Of a stretch of DNA of 64,000 nt, positions 42,247-52,417 are shown in pieces (position 1 is the first letter of the stretch; every line of letters starts with the position of its first letter). Source of the DNA: Waterburya sp. (lineage in GTDB: Bacteria > Cyanobacteriota > Cyanobacteriia > Cyanobacteriales > Xenococcaceae); contig CBDCJV010000002.1 of assembly GCA_965217895.1 (NCBI GenBank), positions 2,848,001 to 2,912,000 on the forward strand, written 5' to 3'. The notes below the pieces were generated by a model that worked only from the letters and a program-made list of their open reading frames with translations, searched no databases and was not told the origin of the DNA. The position numbers were made by a program, and so were the translations under genes.

Positions 42247-43227
42247 TTACTGGGCTAATTCCTGGCATCCAGCGATACATTGTCCCTCTCCATCAAACTC
42301 CATTGCTTGACCGCTTAAAGGAACATAAACAGGCACATCAGTAGCTTGAATAAACAAATCTGTTTTTGTACCTGGAACAACTATTCCATTTTTTGTAGCA
42401 GCTTCGTTAGCATGAGAAGCGATCGCTGAAGTCGGTTGAATCAATTCATTAACTACATAAGCTGCTTCTTTTGGTCCTGTGGTGTAAGTATCACCAATAT
42501 TAATTACTGCTAAAGAAGCATTATATTGGTTTTTTACAACCGTTTCCTGTTCGGCGGTAACACCAGTATCGCCCGATAAATATACTACTAGCCCATTGCT
42601 AAAGGTGAGTACATAACCAGTCGGTGGTCCAACATAAGCAGTAAGACCAGCAGTTTCTAAATTTTCTCCCAACTCGCCTTCGATAAACTCACCACTCAAT
42701 CCATTCGAGTGAACGGCGGGGACGGTGGTAATTTTTACCCCGCCGACGTTAGTAGAAGCACCAAAACGGACAAGCTGAACAGACTCAGGGTTTCCGCCCG
42801 AAGCTTCAACTTTATGCGCCAAAAAATCAGCCATCTCGCTACCGACGACAATTTTAGCTTTCTTAGCTACGGCAATATCGACGGTATTAGAACTAGGAGT
42901 GGCATCTTCATTGGCTTCTGGCTTACCACATTCACCTGCATTGACTGTTGCTATACGGCGATCGCCTAAATGATCTCCGTGAACGTGACTTAATAAAACT
43001 ACATCTATATTGCCCAAACGCTCATCCTGACCTCCTGCAACAGTTTGCCCCGCATCGAAGAGGAGGCGCGTACCATTAGGATCTTCAAAGATTAAGGCGC
43101 GATCTCGGGCGCAAAATTCTCCATCATGACTACCCAGTGGTGTAATCTTTACCTCAGAGGCATAACTGGCAGAGGTGGTGAAAATAGCAATTGCTAATGT
43201 AACTAGTCCTGATAAGCATTTTTTCAT
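42247..43227 (-). CDS. Secreted MBL-fold metallo-hydrolase
   Basis: SHVHGDH, AVHS, YLSGDTG; start at MKKCLSGL signal peptide. Confidence 0.85.
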   Translation of the reverse strand: MKKCLSGLVTLAIAIFTTSASYASEVKITPLGSHDGEFCARDRALIFEDPNGTRLLFDAGQTVAGGQDERLGNIDVVLLSHVHGDHLGDRRIATVNAGECGKPEANEDATPSSNTVDIAVAKKAKIVVGSEMADFLAHKVEASGGNPESVQLVRFGASTNVGGVKITTVPAVHSNGLSGEFIEGELGENLETAGLTAYVGPPTGYVLTFSNGLVVYLSGDTGVTAEQETVVKNQYNASLAVINIGDTYTTGPKEAAYVVNELIQPTSAIASHANEAATKNGIVVPGTKTDLFIQATDVPVYVPLSGQAMEFDGEGQCIAGCQELAQ

Positions 43228-43311
43228 AAGTGTCATTATCCAATTTAGTACTGCAAAATACACTTTATCGCTATAGAGAGATAAACAGTTAGATTTTAAG
43301 CTCAAACAAAG

Positions 43312-44145
43312 TCAAGGCTGTATTTCTAAACTTTCTTTAGTGTTGCAGCGAGTATAAGCATTCCAGGTAGTTAAATCGGGTGCAGGAAACCCTAAAATAG
43401 CAGAACGAGCTTGCTCACTTAAACCATTAACCATGCTAAAGTCTGCTCCCGCCACATTTTGAATATTATCTAGATTTGCCCCTGTCAAATCAGCGGCACG
43501 AAAATCAACGCCCTTCAATTCCGTGTTACCTAAACGAGCATTGCGTAAACTAGCTCCTGTCATAATCGCCTTTTGCAGGTTTGCGCCACTCAAGGAAACA
43601 TCATCTAATATCGCCCCTGTTAAATCTGCACCGCTAAGATATGCCCCGATCATTTTTGCCCCAGTTAAGTCTACCCCTCGCAGGTTAGCCGTATTAAGAT
43701 AAGCACCGTTAAGACTGGCTCCAGGGCCTACTGCACCAGAACTTTTATAGTTAAATCCTTGAGGAAAAATAGTTTCGTTGTCGTAAATAGTTACTTGAAA
43801 CTGGGCATCTTCTAAATTGGTATTCTTGAGATTAGCCCCACGTAAATCAGCACGGCTTAAATACGCCTTTGTTAAGTTTGCTCCTCTTAAATCTGCTCCT
43901 TGAAGATTAGCCCCTCTTAAATCTGCTCCTTGAAGATTAGCCCCTGTAAGATTTACTTTGATTAAATCTGCATTAGTCAAAATACTGTGAGAAAAGTTAA
44001 CTTGTGCCAAATTAGCTTGATTTAGAGCGATCGCATATAAATCTAAACCACTATAGTCTGCATTAGCTAAACTTTCTCCTGCCTGTAATTTGGCAGTAAT
44101 ATCAGCAGCGAGAGGAGATTTATTGCTAGAAGCGGTTGTGGGCAT
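43312..44145 (-). CDS. Pentapeptide repeat protein
   Basis: A(D/N)LXX repeats in two blocks. Confidence 0.93.
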   Translation of the reverse strand: MPTTASSNKSPLAADITAKLQAGESLANADYSGLDLYAIALNQANLAQVNFSHSILTNADLIKVNLTGANLQGADLRGANLQGADLRGANLTKAYLSRADLRGANLKNTNLEDAQFQVTIYDNETIFPQGFNYKSSGAVGPGASLNGAYLNTANLRGVDLTGAKMIGAYLSGADLTGAILDDVSLSGANLQKAIMTGASLRNARLGNTELKGVDFRAADLTGANLDNIQNVAGADFSMVNGLSEQARSAILGFPAPDLTTWNAYTRCNTKESLEIQP

Positions 44146-44361
44146 AATTCAGTTGAAATTTTGTCGAATTTATTTTAAATAGTGACTTGTCAAAAAGTAT
44201 AAATTATTTAGTATCTTTCATGAGGTTGAGAATTGTTGACACAATAAATAGAAGAGTTCAGTTAGACAAAACTCTTCTATTCTTCAAGCTTTACATTGAT
44301 TTACATAATAAAATTTCAGCTTCAATAGCTTATAGCTGCTCCAATCCTTAAATTAACGTTA

Positions 44362-44736
44362 TTACAGCTTGCTTCTAATTTCTTCAACTCGCTTACGATT
44401 AACTCCTAAATCTGATTTACCCAACCGCGAAGCAGAACGTACTTGAACCGCATTTGTTCCAGAGTCTAGGTAAAATTCCACATCATCCACATAGCCCATT
44501 AACTTACTCTTGAATTCCGCGTAAAGATAATTATCTGTCTCTTCAATTACGGTAGTTCCCTCCATAGCTTCTACTACTTGCTTAATTTCAGCAATAGACT
44601 CAGTTGGCAAAGGTTCAATCTTGGATTGGGCATCGTTACTCTGACTATTAACACAGTTAGGAGTTCCCGGACAGGCAGTTAACTTTCCATCTTTTATGCC
44701 TAAATTATTTGGTCTTTCCCCTGAAAAATTGAACAT
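44362..44736 (-). CDS. DUF1499 family protein
   Basis: CPGTPNCVNSQ, GYVDDVEF, RSASRLGKSDLGVNRKRVE. Confidence 0.9.
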   Translation of the reverse strand: MFNFSGERPNNLGIKDGKLTACPGTPNCVNSQSNDAQSKIEPLPTESIAEIKQVVEAMEGTTVIEETDNYLYAEFKSKLMGYVDDVEFYLDSGTNAVQVRSASRLGKSDLGVNRKRVEEIRSKL

Positions 44737-44988
44737 CTTAAATACTTCTTTTTAAAACTTGGTTTTAATGCTAATAAGATGATTTTATAGCAATTCCCTG
44801 GTTTAATTCAGATATAGTCAGAATATTTAGTAATTAACTAAGGAGTGCGATCAATTAAGTCAAACAACAGAAGCAGCCAGATGAATAGAACCCAAAAAAT
44901 TAGCTGCGGTCTGATCATAACCAGTTGCGATCGCTCTATTTAATCGGTCACACTTTATATTAGTAATCAATACTAGTCTAATAAATTT

Positions 44989-45297
44989 CTAGTTGTCTTT
45001 GAGCAAAGCGGGAAGAGAAATAGTAGTGGCGACAATTATTCCTGCTATTGCGCCGACACTTAATTCTCTAAATCTTAGTTGAGTAGGTTCGACTGTCCAG
45101 CAATTATCATTTGTCATACAGTTTGCGTCTTCTAAACGATACTTTACTTCGCCCATAAAAGCACCTACAATCGCCATGAGAAAAATATATAGATAAATTC
45201 TCTTTACTATTGGCAATTTCCTTATTGTGCTAATTAATTCTGAACTTTTGTTTTCATTACGAGCTGTTTCTATTCTGTAATTGCGTTGAAAATTCAT
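44989..45297 (-). CDS. Hypothetical 2-TM protein
   Basis: Two hydrophobic helices flanking a C-x4-C loop. Confidence 0.6.
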   Translation of the reverse strand: MNFQRNYRIETARNENKSSELISTIRKLPIVKRIYLYIFLMAIVGAFMGEVKYRLEDANCMTNDNCWTVEPTQLRFRELSVGAIAGIIVATTISLPALLKDN

Positions 45298-45808
45298 TAT
45301 GCTTGATAGATAGAGTACGTTACAAATTAAAATAACTAGCTCATGCTATCTATCAGTGTGATCTCAAACCCAATTCTAAAGTAGGCGCGATCGCTCTAGC
45401 CATTTCAAGCATCATTGGTAAAATGAAGTTAACAGGAATTTAGTAGTATTCCAACAAGTCTAAGCAGCCAGATAGATAATATTATTGCTTTGCTTAAATA
45501 TTCGAGTAATATTAAGAAAATTAAAATCATTACTTCTTGATTACTGCAATTATTATCAAAGTCGTTTTTGTTAGTTAGTCTTTAAATAAGCGTCGATTTA
45601 TATGTTGACTTTTTTGTCAACTTGTGAGAAAATATAAAATATATATCATAGATATCATCACGGGAATTGAAGTTACTATCCTTTTCATATCAGTTCTGAT
45701 AAGTAGGTTTAACCTTGTGCTAATGAGACTGAATACAAGGTGTAAAATTCAAAGCAAACTTTACAGTTATTTTCAAAACTATTTTCCACTATATTGATTG
45801 AGGCATTC

Positions 45809-46909
45809 ATGGCAACTCGGACAAATACTTCTAACACTTCTAGTACCTCTGGCAATTCTGATAAAGACAAAGCTCTCAACCTAGTTTTAAAACAAATTGA
45901 GCGCAACTTTGGTAAAGGTGCGATTATGCGCCTGGGAGATGCTGCTCAAATGAGGGTAGAAACTATACCCAGTGGTGCATTAACTTTAGACGTTGCTTTG
46001 GGTGGAGGTTTACCAAAGGGAAGAATTATTGAGATTTATGGACCAGAAAGCTCTGGTAAGACTACATTGGCATTACACGCGATCGCTGAAACGCAAAAAA
46101 TGGGAGGTGTAGCCGCCTTTGTCGATGCCGAACACGCCTTAGATCCTACCTACTCCGCAGCATTAGGAGTAGATATTGAAAACTTATTGGTAGCTCAACC
46201 AGATAATGGAGAATCAGGCTTAGAAATTGTCGATCAGTTAGTGCGATCGGCAGCAGTAGACTTAGTAGTAGTAGATTCGGTTGCTGCGTTGACTCCCCGC
46301 GCTGAAATTGAGGGAGAAATGGGTGATAACCAAGTAGGCTTACAGGCTCGTTTAATGAGTAAAGCCTTAAGAAAAATTGCGGGAAACATCGGCAAATCTG
46401 GAGCGACAGTTATCTTTCTCAACCAGCTACGGCAAAAAATCGGCATTAGCTATGGCAACCCCGAAGTAACCACAGGAGGTAATGCTCTAAAATTTTATTG
46501 CTCAGTTCGCCTAGATATTCGCCGTATTCAAACCCTTAAAAAAGGTAACGAAGGAATGTATGGTATCCGAGCAAAGGTAAAAGTAGCTAAAAACAAAGTT
46601 GCGCCGCCTTTCCGTATTGCCGAATTCGATATTATCTTTGGCAAGGGAATATCTAACATCGGCTGTTTGCTTGATTTGGCTGAAGATGCAGATATTGTTG
46701 TTCGCAAAGGAGCTTGGTATAGCTACAAAGGCGATAATGTTGGGCAGGGTAGAGATAATACTATTAACTATCTTTTAGAAAATCCAGAAGTAGCAGCAGA
46801 AATTGAGCAGAAAGTTAAAGAAAACATGAAAGCAGGAGTAGGATCAAACGGAGCATCTTCCTCTGAAGATTTAAATGCTGATGATGATGACTTTGATTCT
46901 GAAGAATAA
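45809..46909 (+). CDS. recA: Recombinase A
   Basis: [32 protein letters not shown] 45809. Confidence 0.99.
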   Translation: MATRTNTSNTSSTSGNSDKDKALNLVLKQIERNFGKGAIMRLGDAAQMRVETIPSGALTLDVALGGGLPKGRIIEIYGPESSGKTTLALHAIAETQKMGGVAAFVDAEHALDPTYSAALGVDIENLLVAQPDNGESGLEIVDQLVRSAAVDLVVVDSVAALTPRAEIEGEMGDNQVGLQARLMSKALRKIAGNIGKSGATVIFLNQLRQKIGISYGNPEVTTGGNALKFYCSVRLDIRRIQTLKKGNEGMYGIRAKVKVAKNKVAPPFRIAEFDIIFGKGISNIGCLLDLAEDADIVVRKGAWYSYKGDNVGQGRDNTINYLLENPEVAAEIEQKVKENMKAGVGSNGASSSEDLNADDDDFDSEE

Positions 46910-47102
46910 CTAGCTGTAAAAAATAACTTTTCAAATGTTCTCTTTAGATTATCTCCGCGGGACGAGGCTTCAGGCTTAAGGACTAAACCGAGTCCCGTTT
47001 TTGGGTCCCAAACCCTTCCTTTGAAAGAGTAATAAGATTGTTTAAGAATGTTCTTAAAAAACCGTTTGAGATATTCTAGGCTAGTATCCTAGCTGTTACG
47101 AT

Positions 47103-47222
47103 TTGGTTCTAACGGGGAACAGCCGTTGGAGGAAACAGGGAAAGAGCAGTGTAAATCTGCCACTGTCCCGCAACTGTAATTGAGGATGACAAACTTCCTC
47201 ATCAGCCAGGATGCCTGCCAAA
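47103..47222 (+). promoter_or_regulatory. Cobalamin riboswitch
   Basis: GGTTC...ACAGGGAA...GTGTAAATC...CTGTCCCGCAACTGT...AGCCAGGATGCCTGCC directly upstream of cbiM. Confidence 0.92.
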
Positions 47223-47255
47223 TCAGATTATCCATCATCTGCTGCGAGGTACAGT

Positions 47256-48011
47256 TTGAAGACGAAAAATCGAAAATGGGTCAGCCTGGGACTGATGGCT
47301 GGTCTAAGTTGTTATATTGTTCTTGGTTCTGCGACTCCTGCTGCTGCAATGCACATTGCAGAAGGCTTTTTGCCCGTTCGGTGGGCTATCTTTTGGTGGG
47401 CAGTCTCATTACCATTTTTTATCGTTGGCTTGCGATCGCTGACTCGCATTACAACCGCACACCCAGAGCTTAAGTTGCTCCTTGCCCTATCAGGAGCCTT
47501 CACGTTTGTTTTATCCGCTTTGAAAATTCCTTCAGTCACTGGAAGTTGTTCTCACCCTACGGGAACTGGACTCGGAGCGATCTTGTTTGGCCCTTCGGTG
47601 ATGACTGTACTAGGAGGATTAGTGCTGCTATTTCAGGCAGTTTTGTTGGCTCATGGCGGATTGACTACCTTGGGAGCCAATATGTTTTCTATGGCGATCG
47701 TTGGTCCCTTTGTAGCGTACTTTATTTATCACCTGCTGCTGCGTACAGAGCGACCAAAGGTGGCAATTTTTTGTGCTTCGGCTCTAGAAGACTTGTTGAC
47801 CTATGTAACCACTTCAATTCAGTTGGCGTTAGCCTTCCCCGCAGCCAGTGGAGGCTTTATGGCTTCGTTTCTCAAATTTGCGGGTATCTTTGCGATCACA
47901 CAGGTGCCGCTTGCCATCAGTGAGGGATTGCTCACCGTCTTGGTCTGGAATTGGCTGCAATCCTATGGGCAGCCAGAACTCGAAACCCTCAAGCTTTTGA
48001 AAGAGACATAA
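47256..48011 (+). CDS. cbiM: Cobalt ECF transporter S component (with signal peptide)
   Basis: [34 protein letters not shown] start after GAGGT RBS. Confidence 0.93.
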   Translation: MKTKNRKWVSLGLMAGLSCYIVLGSATPAAAMHIAEGFLPVRWAIFWWAVSLPFFIVGLRSLTRITTAHPELKLLLALSGAFTFVLSALKIPSVTGSCSHPTGTGLGAILFGPSVMTVLGGLVLLFQAVLLAHGGLTTLGANMFSMAIVGPFVAYFIYHLLLRTERPKVAIFCASALEDLLTYVTTSIQLALAFPAASGGFMASFLKFAGIFAITQVPLAISEGLLTVLVWNWLQSYGQPELETLKLLKET

Positions 48012-48014
48012 ATC

Positions 48015-48353
48015 ATGTCAAAATCTTCAACAGAAAATCAAACCCCCAAGCAGCATAATTGGCTCTTAGCGATCGCCGTTATTCTTCTGGCAGTCTTTCC
48101 CCTTGTCTTTGTGCGTGGAGAATATACTGGCTCAGATGACCAGGGTGAGCAAGCCATCACTGAGATTAAACCAGGCTATAAGCCCTGGTTTAAGCCCTTC
48201 TTTGAACCTCCCAGTGGTGAAATTGAAAGTCTGCTGTTTGCCAGCCAAGCTGCCCTGGGAGCTGGAGTCATTGGCTATGTAATTGGACTGTACAAGGGAC
48301 GCACCCAGAAACAGATCCAGAGGCAGCAGTCTGAGCAGAGATCGCCAGAGTGA
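48015..48353 (+). CDS. cbiN: Cobalt transporter CbiN
   Basis: GSDD, YKPWF.P.FEPPSGEIESLLFASQAALG. Confidence 0.93.
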   Translation: MSKSSTENQTPKQHNWLLAIAVILLAVFPLVFVRGEYTGSDDQGEQAITEIKPGYKPWFKPFFEPPSGEIESLLFASQAALGAGVIGYVIGLYKGRTQKQIQRQQSEQRSPE

Positions 48354-49147
48354 GCCATCAGATTGATAGTTTTGCATACACAAACCGCTTACGATGGTTG
48401 CCGCCAAGCCACAAGCTGTCCTTGGGTATTGTGCTGCTGATGCTGTCTCTGGCTTCCCATCCAGTCGTACAATTGCTGATTAGTCTTTGGTTGATTTTTT
48501 GGGTTGTTGCTTATGCGAATATTCCAGCGACATTTTATTGTCGATTACTGCTGTTGCCGTTAAGTTTCTGGCTCACAAGTTTACCTGCTTTTATCATCAA
48601 CGGCGTTCACTACAGTGAGATCGAGTTAGTACAGTCGGATATTTGGCAAGGCTGGGGTACAGAGGTTGGCAGTTTCTATTTGTACATTAGTCAAACTGGA
48701 CTGCATCAAGTGAGTTGGCTATTTGCCCGTGCTTTAGCTACAACCAGCAGTATGTATTTTATCCTCCTAACGACTCCCTTTACAGAGGTACTACAGGTTC
48801 TCAAGCGGTTGCGTTTTCCACCGTTATTAATCGAATTGTTATTGATGATGTATCGATTTATTTTTACCTTATTGGCGATCGCTGATGAACTTTGGATCGC
48901 GCAAAATTCTCGCTGTGGCTATCGCACTTGGCGACGGGGAATGCACAGTCTCGGTATTTTGGTCGGGCAATTACTTCAGCGATCAATGGAAAGCTATCGG
49001 CAAGTTTCGTTGAGTCTGGCAGCACGCGGGTTCAATGGAGAACTGCGCGTCTGGCGTTCCTATCCCTATCAGCCTTCTCGTCGATATAGCCTCGAAGCAA
49101 TTATAGGCTGCATGGTATTGATCGTTCTCAGCGTTGTCCTTCGCTAA
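48350..49147 (+). CDS. cbiQ: Cobalt ECF transporter T component
   Basis: IDSFAYTNRL, LTTP, MYRFIF, ARG. Confidence 0.92.
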   Translation: MSHQIDSFAYTNRLRWLPPSHKLSLGIVLLMLSLASHPVVQLLISLWLIFWVVAYANIPATFYCRLLLLPLSFWLTSLPAFIINGVHYSEIELVQSDIWQGWGTEVGSFYLYISQTGLHQVSWLFARALATTSSMYFILLTTPFTEVLQVLKRLRFPPLLIELLLMMYRFIFTLLAIADELWIAQNSRCGYRTWRRGMHSLGILVGQLLQRSMESYRQVSLSLAARGFNGELRVWRSYPYQPSRRYSLEAIIGCMVLIVLSVVLR

Positions 49148-49161
49148 ATTCCTATTGATTT

Positions 49162-50010
49162 ATGTCTCAATGGATTCTCGAATTCACTAATGTTAAATAT
49201 GGCTATCCTTGTAGTCGCAGACCTGCAATTCAAGGCTTAACTCTTAACGTGCCTGCTGGAAAAAGATGCGGACTCATTGGGCAAAATGGCTGTGGTAAAA
49301 CAACCTTCTTTTTGCTGGCAAACGGTCTTTATCAGTCGCAGAGTGGAATCATTCGCTGGCAAGGCAAACCGATTCAATATGATCGCTCTTTTTTAATGCA
49401 GCTACGCCAACAAATTGGGCTGGTGTTTCAAAATCCCGAACATCAATTGGTGGCTTCGACGGTGGAGGAAGATATTTCCTATGGGCTGTGTAACTTGGGT
49501 CTGCCAGAATCCGAAGTCGCTCAGCGGGTGCAACAGGCGATCGCCGATTTTGATCTCAAGGAACTGGCTCATCAGCCGATTCACAATCTCAGCCTGGGGC
49601 AAAAAAAGCGCGTCTCAATCGCCGATGTCATGGTTCTCCAGCCTAAATTACTATTGCTTGATGAACCAACTGCCTATCTCGATCCACGCCATACCCAAGA
49701 ACTGATTATGCAGCTTAAACGAATTCATGCTGCTGGAACGACGATTATTTTAGCTAGTCACGATCTCGACTTTATTTATCGATGGGCAGATTGGGTTTTT
49801 GTAATTAATCAAGGACAATTAGTCTTGGAAGGAACACCCGAAGATGTTTTTGTTCAACGGGATATTTTAGAACAACTACAGCTTGGTTTACCATTTGCAA
49901 TTGAGCTAATCGAGCAGATGAAAACAATAGTTGAAAATAATCAACCAGAAAAAATACTGACTTTGGAACAACTCCAGCAACAGATTTTAAAATCTCGCCG
50001 ATTGCTTTAG
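49162..50010 (+). CDS. cbiO: Cobalt ECF transporter ATPase
   Basis: GQNGCGKTT, FQNPEHQ, LSLGQKKR, LDEPT. Confidence 0.92.
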   Translation: MSQWILEFTNVKYGYPCSRRPAIQGLTLNVPAGKRCGLIGQNGCGKTTFFLLANGLYQSQSGIIRWQGKPIQYDRSFLMQLRQQIGLVFQNPEHQLVASTVEEDISYGLCNLGLPESEVAQRVQQAIADFDLKELAHQPIHNLSLGQKKRVSIADVMVLQPKLLLLDEPTAYLDPRHTQELIMQLKRIHAAGTTIILASHDLDFIYRWADWVFVINQGQLVLEGTPEDVFVQRDILEQLQLGLPFAIELIEQMKTIVENNQPEKILTLEQLQQQILKSRRLL

Positions 50011-50156
50011 GTGTCTGTTAATAGTGCCAAATCTGAATGTGACTACGAGATGGCAAAAAATCACGCGCCAAGCGATCAAATTTAGCCGATTCACTTGAAT
50101 ATATGTTCTAGTTTTTACCCTTGAATTTCGCAATCTGCTTAAAAACTAGCAAGGCT

Positions 50157-50450
50157 TTACTGTTTAGCTTCATCCTTTGGTTTGTCTACACGAAACAAAA
50201 ACACCATTAGAGCAACAACTCCTATTTGAAGCGCGAAATTAGGCAGATTAGCTGCTAAATCTTGACCTGCTGCTAACTTAGCTAAAAAGACAAATGCGCC
50301 AATTAAACCAGAAGCACCAAAAGCGACGTAAAAGAACCTTCTAAAACCTCTGTAAGGAGCTTTTGCTTCTGCACGCAGGCGAGCGTATTTTTCAGGCGTA
50401 AGATTGTTTTTTTTAGCTCTAGCTAATTCTTCTGGAGATAAATCTATCAT
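50157..50450 (-). CDS. DUF3493 family membrane protein
   Basis: RLRAEAKAPYRG.RRFFY.AFGASG. Confidence 0.8.
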   Translation of the reverse strand: MIDLSPEELARAKKNNLTPEKYARLRAEAKAPYRGFRRFFYVAFGASGLIGAFVFLAKLAAGQDLAANLPNFALQIGVVALMVFLFRVDKPKDEAKQ

Positions 50451-50876
50451 TTCAAATTTTATATTTTATGTCTAGCGTGAATTAAAAATCAGAGCGATTC
50501 TTTTTTAGCTACAAGCTATAAGCCATTAAACGACATAGCTCTATCTGTCTGCTGGTGCAAAAACAAGAGCCTTTTTAATCCGATTGCAGCAAACCCAAGA
50601 TAATAACTGAACATATTGATTCTATTTTAGAGGCTAAAAGCGCCTTCTGGAGAACGCCGACGTTGCTTGGCAACGGCGAAACGCTCCAGCGTTTGCTGAG
50701 AGCTACGAACCAGTACTTTCTGAACAAAGCTAATTTACACTAGGCGTATTTTATCTGAATGCTTAAAGATGAGAAATATTTATCGATAATATTGATATTA
50801 ACGGGAAAAGGAGAGATAAACATAAAAACATTTACCTCTCCTTTTCGATTGCGAGAATTAATTTTTAGCTCAAAGC

Positions 50877-51236
50877 TTATTGAACAATTACTTTACCTAC
50901 CATTCCAGCACCACGATGAGGCTCACAGTAGTAGGAATATTCTCCAGCTTCATTAAAAGTACTTTCATAGCTTTCTCCTGGAGAGAATACTAAGTTTTTG
51001 TGAGATTTGTCAGTAGCATTCTCAAAAACTACGTTATGGGGAGACATTTTATTATTATCCCACTTGACTGTATCTCCTTCTTTGATAGTTACAGTCTCGG
51101 GTACAAACTTGAGCATTCCGTTATCGCTACCCATTTTTACATCAACGGTATTAGCTGCTGCGGGAGCAACGCTGAAGAAAAATGTAGATACTACTAATAC
51201 TAGTGCGGACAATAACAAACTTATTTTTTTAGCCAT
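50877..51236 (-). CDS. petE: Plastocyanin
   Basis: Signal peptide; PHNVVF and [11 protein letters not shown] copper ligands. Confidence 0.97.
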   Translation of the reverse strand: MAKKISLLLSALVLVVSTFFFSVAPAAANTVDVKMGSDNGMLKFVPETVTIKEGDTVKWDNNKMSPHNVVFENATDKSHKNLVFSPGESYESTFNEAGEYSYYCEPHRGAGMVGKVIVQ

Positions 51237-51331
51237 TTTTGTTGAACTCTCTCGATCAAATATGATTTTTTTTAGTAAACATTTTGTGAATACGAGGAAT
51301 TAGAACTTAGATCGAACCCTCTTGCTTTTAC

Positions 51332-51438
51332 AACGATATGTCCGTATTTCTATTGGCTCTATCCCTTTATTCATATATTACTACAGAAGTTTGACGAGTT
51401 GTAAAACTTTGACGACTTGTCTTTTGACTATTTTGTAC
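51332..51438. promoter_or_regulatory. Array of GAC-N5-GTC-like boxes (putative PetR sites)
   Basis: GACGACTTGTC 51411-21 exact; GACGAGTTGTA 51393-403; GACTATTTTGT 51426-36; AACGATATGTC 51332-42. Confidence 0.55.
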
Positions 51439-51512
51439 GGATAACACACCATAGTTATTTAATCACAATCAGCTTTTTTAATTGAAGCTTAATAATTTTG
51501 AGAGGAGATACC

Positions 51513-51854
51513 ATGTTTATGTTTGCCAAACTATTAACAACACTACTGGTGTTTTTAACTGCTGCGATGTTTACTTTCGCTACTCCCGCCATAGCAGGCG
51601 ATGCTGCTAGCGGGGCAAAAATTTTTAGTGCCAACTGTGCTGCTTGTCATGCTGGGGGCAGAAACGTTATTAGCGGAGCAAAAACACTGCAAAAAGATGC
51701 CTTAGATAAATACGAAATGAACTCTCTTGAGGCGATTACTCATCAAGTAATCAATGGCAAAAATGCCATGCCAGCTTTTAAAGGTCGTTTAAGTGATACT
51801 CAAATTGATGACGTAGCAACTTACGTTCTTTCTCAAGCAGAAAAAGGCTGGTAA
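51513..51854 (+). CDS. petJ: Cytochrome c6
   Basis: [16 protein letters not shown] 51513 after GAGGAG. Confidence 0.95.
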   Translation: MFMFAKLLTTLLVFLTAAMFTFATPAIAGDAASGAKIFSANCAACHAGGRNVISGAKTLQKDALDKYEMNSLEAITHQVINGKNAMPAFKGRLSDTQIDDVATYVLSQAEKGW

Positions 51855-51988
51855 GCTATATTTATCTTTAAAAAAACTAATTAAATTGGATTTTTTTATC
51901 CCCGATCGCTCTACTCTGAGATTGGGGATATTTCTTTTTTGTGAAACAATGTAAGCATATTAAAGACTATGAAGCAGGAGCGAGCAAA

Positions 51989-52294
51989 ATGGATCGGGGT
52001 AAGTTAATCGCCATTGTAACAGGAGTAATTTCAATCTTAATTGCGATCGCCTATTTGGTAGTTGTACAGTTACTCGATTTTCGTGGGGAAATGATTCCTG
52101 CTCCTCTGGGTCAATTATCAACCTCGACAGTTCTTACGAAAGTTGCTCATGGGGGAAACCCCCATGAGCAACTTTCGCGCTTTACTCAACGGGTCATAGA
52201 CCACGGGGCTTATAAAGGGCGCGATGCAATCACGCCCACAGCCCCTCCGCAACGTAACTGTCTCGCAATAATCAGTAATCAGTTACTAGCTTAA
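51989..52294 (+). CDS. Small single-TM protein with repeat-derived C-terminal extension
   Basis: MDRGKLIAIVTG...LLDFRGEMIPAP core, then sequence encoded by palindromic repeats. Confidence 0.65.
   Translation: MDRGKLIAIVTGVISILIAIAYLVVVQLLDFRGEMIPAPLGQLSTSTVLTKVAHGGNPHEQLSRFTQRVIDHGAYKGRDAITPTAPPQRNCLAIISNQLLA
52126..52267. repeat. Nested small palindromic elements inside CDS
   Basis: GAAAGTTGCTCATGGGGG-AAA-CCCCCATGAGCAACTTTC; outer GACAGTT...AACTGTC; REP-like GGGCG...CGCCC. Confidence 0.7.
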
Positions 52295-52417
52295 AGATGC
52301 GTATTTACACTAAAGAACTAGAATGTGCCTTGGTAAATCTCTGGGTAAATACTATAGTTCATTAAAGCTAAGCAGTTTATCTTGAATGAGTTAATTTAGA
52401 CGCTGGCAAGACACTTC

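Noticed and set aside
45680..45750. LexA box upstream of recA
   Set aside because: Only a half-site (AGTTCT) matches RGTAC-N3-DGTWCB.
47211..50010. cbiMNQO as foreign, non-cyanobacterial DNA
   Set aside because: It looks somewhat GC-richer by eye but carries several HIP1 sites; composition was not computed.
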